A DNA stretch of 64,000 bases from an uncultured Planctomycetota bacterium (lineage in GTDB: Bacteria > Planctomycetota > Planctomycetia > Gemmatales > Gemmataceae), in the NCBI GenBank assembly GCA_963849325.1, contig CAWKHF010000010.1, forward strand, positions 256,001 through 320,000, given 5' to 3'. The notes below the pieces were generated by a model. That model was given only the letters and a program-made list of their open reading frames with translations, was not told the origin of the DNA and made no database searches. The position numbers and the translations under genes are program-made. Positions 55,597 through 64,000 of this stretch are shown piece after piece. Each line of letters opens with the position of its first letter. The first letter of the stretch is position 1.

Positions 55597-56631
55597 TTAC
55601 TTCGTTTCGATGCCGAAGTCGCCTTTGAGGTTCCGCCAGCAGCTGTGGATGTGATTGGCGGGGTTGCCGGCCGAATCCGACTGGACGTTGAGGAACTCGA
55701 TGACGAACGTCGGTCCCTGAACGCGGTAGGTGTACGGCCGGCCAGGTTTATCCGCCTCCACGGCGAAGGCGAAATGGACCTTGTCGAGTCCGGCGGCTTT
55801 GACCTCAGCCATCTCCGCCTGCGTCACCTCGGCCGGCATGCGGTCGGCGTAAGTCTGGATCAACTGCTGGAGCAGATTGCGTTGTTTCTCGTTCATCTTG
55901 GCGGCGGGCAAGCCCTTGGCGGGTCCGACGTGCGGGACGGCCTTGGCCTGCTCGATCTCCGGATATTGCCTGGGCTGACGGGCGACCTTGCGCTGATCGT
56001 CGTCGAGGGCGGCGAACAATTCCTTGGCCAGTTCCTCCGCCTGTGGCAGCGTACGTTGTCCCTTCTTCGGCCCGCTCTTGATTTCGGCGGGGTTGGCGCC
56101 GAAGAAGGCGGGGGTCGCGGCCACGATCTTGCCGCGGTCGATCACGAAGTTCAGCGACAGGTGATGGCCCTCCACGCGCCAGCCCCACTTGCCGGCCTTC
56201 GTGGGCGTGCCGAAGATGCTGACGAAGTACCAGCCGGGATCGCGGACGTTGGCGCCATTCTTCTCCAGTTCGGCCAGCACCGCTTCCAGGCTCATGATGG
56301 TCGTCGCCTTGAGGAAGCCGGAGGCGCTGGTGCCGGCGCGAAGGAGTGCCTTGGCCGTCTCCTTCTGCTCGGCCGTCATCTGGTCGAAACGCAGCCCCTT
56401 GCGCAGCGGCTTCTTCTTATCCTGTAGCGGAACGAAGTTCCAGTTGGTCCGTTCCTTGTCGTCGAAGGCGAACAGTGTCTTGCCCTTCTGATCGCCGTTG
56501 AGACTGTTGACGAACTGGGCGGCGGTATCGCTCATGCGAACGCCGGCCGACGCTTCGTCCTTGCTCAGACAGGCCGCCCCCACCAAGCCGGCGGCCAGGA
56601 CCGACACGAACAGCAGTTGTTTGAGTTTCAT
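55597..56631 (-). CDS. DUF3500 domain-containing secreted protein
   Basis: Signal peptide MKLKQLLFVSVLAAGLVGAAC; WNFVP, YFVSIFGTP, WGWRVEGHHLSLN, TPAFFGANP, YRVQGP, NHIHSCWR. Confidence 0.88.
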   Translation of the reverse strand: MKLKQLLFVSVLAAGLVGAACLSKDEASAGVRMSDTAAQFVNSLNGDQKGKTLFAFDDKERTNWNFVPLQDKKKPLRKGLRFDQMTAEQKETAKALLRAGTSASGFLKATTIMSLEAVLAELEKNGANVRDPGWYFVSIFGTPTKAGKWGWRVEGHHLSLNFVIDRGKIVAATPAFFGANPAEIKSGPKKGQRTLPQAEELAKELFAALDDDQRKVARQPRQYPEIEQAKAVPHVGPAKGLPAAKMNEKQRNLLQQLIQTYADRMPAEVTQAEMAEVKAAGLDKVHFAFAVEADKPGRPYTYRVQGPTFVIEFLNVQSDSAGNPANHIHSCWRNLKGDFGIETK

Positions 56632-56658
56632 CTCCCCCCCTTGGTCAGATCCATAATT

Positions 56659-56747
56659 AACCACGGATAACACGGATGAACACGGATAAATACAAAAAAG
56701 TTGACTTCTTTGATTATTATCCGTGCTCATCCGTGTTATCCGTGGTT
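56659..56747. repeat. Inverted pair of CACGGAT-unit tandem repeats
   Basis: AACCACGGATAACACGGATGAACACGGATAA (56659-56689) and its reverse complement with one mismatch (56717-56747). Confidence 0.9.
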
Positions 56748-56757
56748 CATTTCTTTT

Positions 56758-58304
56758 TCACAGCGTCGGGCCAATCGCCCACGGGGCGAACTCTTCCTCG
56801 CCGACGCCGTTGATCTCGCTCTTGGTCTTTTGGCCGCCGGCGACGGCGAGAACCTCCTCGAAGATCTGCCGGCCGACCTCCTCGACCGGCGTGCCGTCGA
56901 GGATGGCGCCGGCGTTGATGTCCATGTCGTCGATCATGTGATGGTACATGGGCGTGTTGGTGGCGACCTTGATCGACGGAGCGGGTTTGCAGCCGAACAC
57001 GGAGCCGCGGCCGGTCGTGAACACCAGCACGTTGGCGCCGCCGGCGACGATGCCGGTCATGCTGACCGGATCGTATCCCGGCGTGTCCATGACCACGAAG
57101 CCTTTCGCCTTGACCGGCTCGGCGTAGCCAACCACGTCCACCAGGGCCGTGCTGCCGCCCTTGGCGATGGCACCCAGCGATTTCTCGTAGATGGTCGTCA
57201 GCCCGCCTTCCTTGTTGCCGGGCGAGGGGTTGTTGTTGATCTCGGTGCCGAAAATGCCGGTGTACCACTCCCACCACTTGATGCGGGCGACGAGCTTTTC
57301 GCCGACGGCCCGGCTGACGGCCCGGCGCGTCAGCAGATGTTCGGCGCCATAAATCTCCGGTGTCTCACCGAGGATGCTGGTGCCGCCCTGGGCGACGAGC
57401 AGGTCCGAGGCGACGCCGACGGCGGGGTTGGCCGTGACGCCGCTGTTGCCGTCGGAGCCGCCGCAGTTGGTGCCGAGAAGGATCTTGTCGGCCGACAGCC
57501 GCGTCCGCTTCACGTCGTTGACCTGCGGCAACAATTCGGCGATGGCCCGCACGCCCGCATCCACCGTCTTGCGGATACCGCCGCACTCCTGGATGCTGAG
57601 CACCAGCGGTTTCTTCCGCGAGCCGTTGAGTTGGAGAAGACCCTGGTGCTCGATCAGGTGGATGGCCTCGCCCGTTTCGCAGCCAAGTCCGACGAGGATG
57701 TAGGCGGCGACGTTGGAATGCCGAGCGAAACCGGCGAGGGTACGGTCGAGCTGTTCGTGGTCGGCGCCGCCATACTGCATGGCGCAGCCGGCCTTGTGCG
57801 TGATCGCCACCACGCCGTCCACGTTGGGGTATTGCCGCAACAAATCGGTGGCGCGGAAGCGTTCGGAGATGTACTTGCTGGTGCTGGCCGAGCAGTTGAC
57901 GGTGCTGATGAGGGCGATGTAATTGCGCGTGCCGTAGCGGCCGTCGCCGCGATCGTAGCCCATCCAGTAGCGCGGCTCGGGGCGCGGCGGCGGCGGCGGA
58001 CAATCGCGGCAAAAAGCGTAATCGCGCTCGAAGGCGTCGGCGGACAGATTGTGGACGTGTACCAGATCTCCGGGAGCGATGTCGGCGGCGGCGAAGCCGA
58101 TGATCTGGCCGTACTTGTGTACCGCCTCGCCCTTGCGAATGGGCGCAGGGCGATCTTGTGACCCAGGCCAATGCGCTGGGACAGCGTGAGAGTGGCCCCG
58201 TTGTACTGCAACGGCGTACCCGCTTGCAGAGGCCGGGCGGCGACGGCAACGTTGTCCTCGGGCCGCAGGTGAACGGCGAACTGCGAAAGCGGGGGGGCGG
58301 GCAT
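56758..58304 (-). CDS. uxaA: Altronate/galactarate dehydratase family protein (SAF + GD_AH_C); frameshift near 58150
   Basis: DNVAVA..GHKIAL (SAF), GTRNYI, TVNCS, CGGSD, ETPEIYGAE, NPSPGNKEGG, EKSLG, FTTGRG. Confidence 0.85.
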
Positions 58305-58436
58305 CAAGCGATCTCCGCGAGCCTAAAAGGATAGCTTCTGTCACGATACAACCGGGCAGCGCGGTTGCAAAGGGGACATCCGGCTAACCGGTTCCGAGCG
58401 GCCGCGACGGGCGCTCGGGCGGGAACGGCCCTTACC

Positions 58437-58466
58437 TGGACTTCCGCGCCTGCTTCCGGGTATAAT
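58437..58466 (+). promoter_or_regulatory. sigma70-type promoter
   Basis: TGGACT, 18-nt spacer, TATAAT (58461-58466), 35 nt before ATG 58502. Confidence 0.55.
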
Positions 58467-58501
58467 CCTCCCACTAAGGTCTCCCCGCGCGGAGAGAGCG
58501 C

Positions 58502-58702
58502 ATGAGCTGGCAGGATGACGATGACGACACGGTCCCGTGTCCCTACTGCCGGCGAGCCATCCACGAAGAATCCGTGCGCTGTCCGCACTGCGAGAACTAC
58601 CTCTCCGAAGACGACGCGCCCTCTCCCCGCTCGTGGTGGTTCCTTCTGTGTGCGGTTGTCTGCCTGCTGCTCGCAGTGGGCTGGGCCTTGCAGATGCTGT
58701 GA
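58502..58702 (+). CDS. Small zinc-ribbon protein with C-terminal TM helix
   Basis: CPYC...CPHC, acidic N-terminus, hydrophobic C-terminus; GGAGA RBS. Confidence 0.8.
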   Translation: MSWQDDDDDTVPCPYCRRAIHEESVRCPHCENYLSEDDAPSPRSWWFLLCAVVCLLLAVGWALQML

Positions 58703-58707
58703 ACGTC

Positions 58708-59498
58708 ATGGCCGATCCCCTCGTCACGCTGACCACCGATTTCGGCAACGGCTCGCATTACGTCGCCGCCGCCAAGGGCGTCATCCTCGCCCTCAATCCG
58801 GAGGTCCGCATCGTCGATCTCTGCCACGACATTCCCGCGCAGGATCTGCGCCAGGCCGCTTTCTTCCTGGCGTCCACGCTGCACTACTTCCCGCCGGAGA
58901 CGATCCACGTCGTCGTCGTCGATCCGGGCGTCGGCAGCAACCGGCCCATCCTCTACGTCGAGTTGGCCAACCTGCGCGTGCTGGTGCCGGATAACGGTTG
59001 CTGGACGTGGCTGATCGAGGGCGGCCGACGGCGTCCGCGCGTCATCCGCCTGGCCGAGCAGCGCTTCTGGCGCAGCCGCGTCAGCTCCACCTTTCACGGC
59101 CGCGACATCTTCGCCCCGTGGCCGCCAACCTCAGTCTCGGCCTGGACCCGCGCGAGCTGGGGCCGATCATCTCCGACTGGGTGCGTCTCGACCGGCCGGC
59201 CCCAGGGCACCATCCTGGAGGTGTCGTCGGCGAAGTGATCTACGTCGATCATTTCGGCAACCTTATCAGCAACATCCCCGGCGAAACCCTGACGCTCGAC
59301 GATCGACCCAAGCGCGTTCGCGTCGCCGGCTACGAGGTGTCGCACATCGTCCGCACCTACTCCAACGTCCCAGCCGGCGTCCTCGTTGCCCTGGTTTCGA
59401 GCGGAGAATGGCTGGAGGTGGCCGTCTCCCAGGGCGACGCCGCCCGCTGGTTGGACGCGGGCGTCGGCACGCCGGTGACGATCGACTGGGAGACGTAA
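58708..59498 (+). CDS. DUF62 SAM hydroxide adenosyltransferase (SAM-dependent chlorinase/fluorinase superfamily); frameshift near 59118
   Basis: TLTTDFG, VVDPGVGSNR, PDNG, STFHGRDIFAP, VDHFGNL. Confidence 0.88.
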
Positions 59499-59510
59499 AC
59501 GGCCTTCCCC

Positions 59511-60953
<1,443 letters not shown>

Positions 60954-61096
60954 GGTGTTAGTTCCTCGGCGGACCCTGGTCGCGGCAGGTGCGAAAGCAG
61001 GAGATGAAGTGTAGTATGACAGCGTTCGCGCCCTGTTGCCAGGTAATCTCGACGTCGATGTGCGGTGCTCGTTTTCCCGTGCGGTGAGGGACCATC

Positions 61097-64000
61097 ATGA
61101 CGGTATCGGGCTGGAAGCAGTTGCTGGAGGATGTGCCGTGGTTCCGTGGTCCGGAGAGCTATCCGATCGCGGCGTATTCCGAGTTCATGCCGCCGCCGCG
61201 CGAGATCGCCAAACCGTACCAGGGTTATCTCGTCAACGAACTGGACGAGAACGACCCGTGGGGCTGGCCGGTCAGCGAATGGGAGGAAGCCCGTCAACTG
61301 CGGCCGGGCCTGGAGCACGTGGCCGACCTGGTGGTCCGCGCCCTGGTCGATTTGGCCCACGGCATCCCGGTACACGGACTATCCAAGGTCAAGCTGGCCG
61401 GCAATCCCGCCTGGCCCTCCGCGCTGGTCCAAAAAGGCCTCCTCGCCCACGAACGTTATGTGACGCTGCTGCCCCTGGCCCTGTCGAAGACGCTGGACGA
61501 CAAGGGCCGTATACGCTGGACGCTGTTCGGTTCCAGTGAGCAGGGCCCGGCCCGCGCCTTCTGGCGCGGCTTCTTCACCACGCCGCGCCGGCAGGCGCCG
61601 GCGGAGTTGGGTGAGAGTTTCATCCGCCGCCTGCTGCATACGGTGTACGGCATTCCGCTGGAGGAGCTGAGCGACTTGCGCCAGGCGGGTTTCCGCATCC
61701 TGCCGCTGGAAAAATATCTGGCCTGGCCTCACTGGCGCGAGGAGCCGCTGCCGGCCTGGACGAAGCCGTATCTGTGGGCGAAGAACCGGTCGTCGCGAGG
61801 CGTCCGCTTTCTGCTGACCTTCCGTCCGTTCGCCACGCTGCCCGACAACATCCAGCAAGCCTACCTGAGTGAACAGCTGCACCTGCTGCCGTGCCCGGCG
61901 AGCCTGTTGTTCTGGGGTGTGCCGGGCAACCTGCGTTTACAGCACGAATTGCCTTTCGCGGCGCACGTCCCCTTGCTGCACGTCCACAAGCGCCGCGAGG
62001 AGGTCATCGGCCTGCGCATCCCGCAAGCTGGCTGGCTGCACGAACCGCACCCCGACCATCCCGCCCCCGATGACCCGCAACTGGCCGTGCGCAACACCTA
62101 CCTGCGCACCCATCGCTGGGCCAAGCTGCACCGGCACGAGGACGAACTATCCGCGTTGACGAAAAAAGAAAGACAGGCCAGAGAGGACAAATTGGTCCAT
62201 GTGCTGTTCAGCACCGCCGAGGACGATCTCGGCCTGTATGGCAAACCGATGGCTCGCAACGTGCAGCTGTGGACGAAGGATTATCACCTGCTTCTCGATG
62301 GGCCTCGTGCCAGCCGCGAGGAGATCTTGCGGGCGGCGCAGCGCGTCGCGCGAGGGCGGCCTGTTCGGCTATCGCTTCCAGTTCCCGCCGATGCACGTGG
62401 GCCGGCATGAGGTTTACTGGCATCGGCCGCTGGTGGCGTACCTAGATCCCGTCCGCAACGAGCCGGCCGTTCTGCCCGATGCGCCGCTTGGCTACCTGAC
62501 GGCCTACTCCGTGGAGAAACCCGACCTGGCCAGGCCGGTGGAGCTGTGGCCGCGTCTGCTCCACCGCGAGCCGTACCGGGAAGCGTTGGAGCTATTCCAG
62601 CTCCGGCACGATCGCAGCTATCACAAGACGGCCCTCAACGTCCGATTGCTGCTCGATACCTGGCACCTGCGCGGTGAATCGCCCTTGCCACGATCTCTGG
62701 CCCGGCAAATTCTGCTGCCCGAGGGAGAGCACACGCTGGAGGCATGGCTGGCGTCGCTGCCGGATCGTTCGACCGATCCGCTGCGCGGACAGCGACTCAT
62801 GGAGACGATGGAGGACCATCTGGGACCGCTGACCGGGCCTGGCGCCGAGACCCCCGTGGGCCAGACGTTCGCGTTCACAACGCGCCGGTCCTTCGAGGTG
62901 AATTACTGGAAGAAGATCGCTCACCTGTCCGAGGGACGGTTTGTCAACAAGTGCAATGCCGATTACGTCCGCGACAAACCGACCGAAAAGCAGCTGGCCC
63001 ACCTGTCCCGCGACTTGGAACCGCTGGGTGACTACCTGCTGAAGTATTACCGCCGCATGGTGGCCAAGGCCGGTCTGAACGGCAAGGCGCTGGTCGGAGA
63101 GATACCGTTCCAATGGCGAACCGATTTCGAGTTCCAATGGATGGACGGCTGGTTGAAGAACCAGGAGCACGTGTTGCACGAGCGCGACCTGATCGTCGTC
63201 ATTCCGGGCCGCGATCGCGGCCGTGCCGTCATCATGGCCGACCACTACGATACGGCGTACATGCTGGATCGTTATGATCCGGATTACGGAGGCACGGGCG
63301 CCCGTCTCGCCGCCGCGGGGGCAGACGACAACCACTCGGCGACCGTCGCCCTCATGCAGGCGGCGCCGATCTTTTTGGACATGAGCCGTAAGAAGCAGCT
63401 CGGCTGCGATGTTTGGCTGGTGCATCTGACCGGCGAGGAGTTCCCCGCCGACTGCCTGGGGGCGCGGCATCTGACGCAGTTGCTCGTCGAGGGCCGCTTG
63501 AAAGTGCGTCTGGAGAAAGACCGCTGGCGCGACCTGTCGAAAGTCCGCGTCCAGGGCGTGTACGTGCTCGACATGGTGGCGCACAACAACGACAACGAGC
63601 CGGACGTCTTCCAGATTTCGCCGGGTACAGGCCGGCGTTCGCTGTGGTTGGCCGAGCAGGCGCACCTGGCCAACGAGGCGTGGAACGCCGCCTGCGAGCG
63701 GTTGAACCAGCGAGCCGGGCGACGCGGCATCGGGCGCGGCAAGCGCAGCCGGGACGGCAGCCAGGTGCCCGCGACGGCGGCCCATCTGCCACTCAGCGGC
63801 GAGGTACGCCTTCCGCAGAACCCGCGCAGCACGCTGTACAACACGGACGGACAGATCTTCTCCGACGCTGGCGTGCCGGTTGTGCTGTTCATGGAAAACT
63901 ACGACATCAATCGCACCGGCTACCACGACACGCACGACACGATGGCGAACATCGATCTGGATTATGGTTCGGCAGTCACGGCCATCGCCATCGAATCGGT
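61097..64000 (+). CDS. M28-family metallopeptidase with a ~650-aa N-terminal extension; frameshift near 62355; truncated by the window edge
   Basis: ORF 61097..62410 continues in another frame to the end with ADHYDT, GADDNHS, TGEEFP, LDM, TDG, GYHDTHDT. Confidence 0.85.

Noticed and set aside
58708-59498. SAM-dependent fluorinase/chlorinase as a halogenation gene
   Set aside because: It retains the Asp/Arg/His motifs of DUF62 hydroxide adenosyltransferases (VVDPGVGSNR, TFHGRD), is only ~260 aa and lies outside the biosynthetic cluster. A SAM hydrolase is more likely.

Overview
GC-rich bacterial DNA whose gene content (DUF1501, DUF3500, a transmembrane ECF sigma factor with a TIGR03067-like domain, characteristic intergenic palindromes) points to a planctomycete, probably Gemmataceae-like (inference). 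Layout: (i) about 2.8-32.2 kb, a Wzy-type exopolysaccharide/capsule locus (O-antigen-ligase-TPR, Wza-like exporter, WecB, GTs, heparinase II/III-like, FkbM, bi-domain oxidoreductase, deacetylase, Wzy, Wzx, CpsB, Wzc, nucleotide-sugar dehydrogenase, WecA), with the same TGTAAAC-N4-GTTAACA motif at both ends. (ii) 32.7-38.0 kb, a rearranged patch: a ~640-bp diverged direct duplication enclosing an integron-cassette-like GNAT gene (attI-like and degenerate attC-like flanks, no integrase), an ECF remnant and an intact ECF gene. (iii) 39.5-54.8 kb, a candidate undescribed biosynthetic cluster: an SRPBCC cyclase + KAS III + ThDP enzyme trio (carbazole NzsI/J/H-type logic), divergent from a class-III aminotransferase fused to an acyl-ACP-reductase-like domain and a large GNAT, which sit between two paralogous DevCAB-type exporters, plus a hydrolase. 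(iv) A ~500-nt ORF-free, strongly base-paired region next to a sigma54-like promoter (candidate novel ncRNA). (v) Accessory metabolic genes (DUF3500, UxaA family, DUF62, DUF1501, an extended M28 peptidase running off the end). Over a dozen genes carry frameshifts, most likely long-read indel errors. No rRNA, tRNA, CRISPR array, transposase or integrase was recognised. All family assignments are from motif recognition by eye, not database searches.
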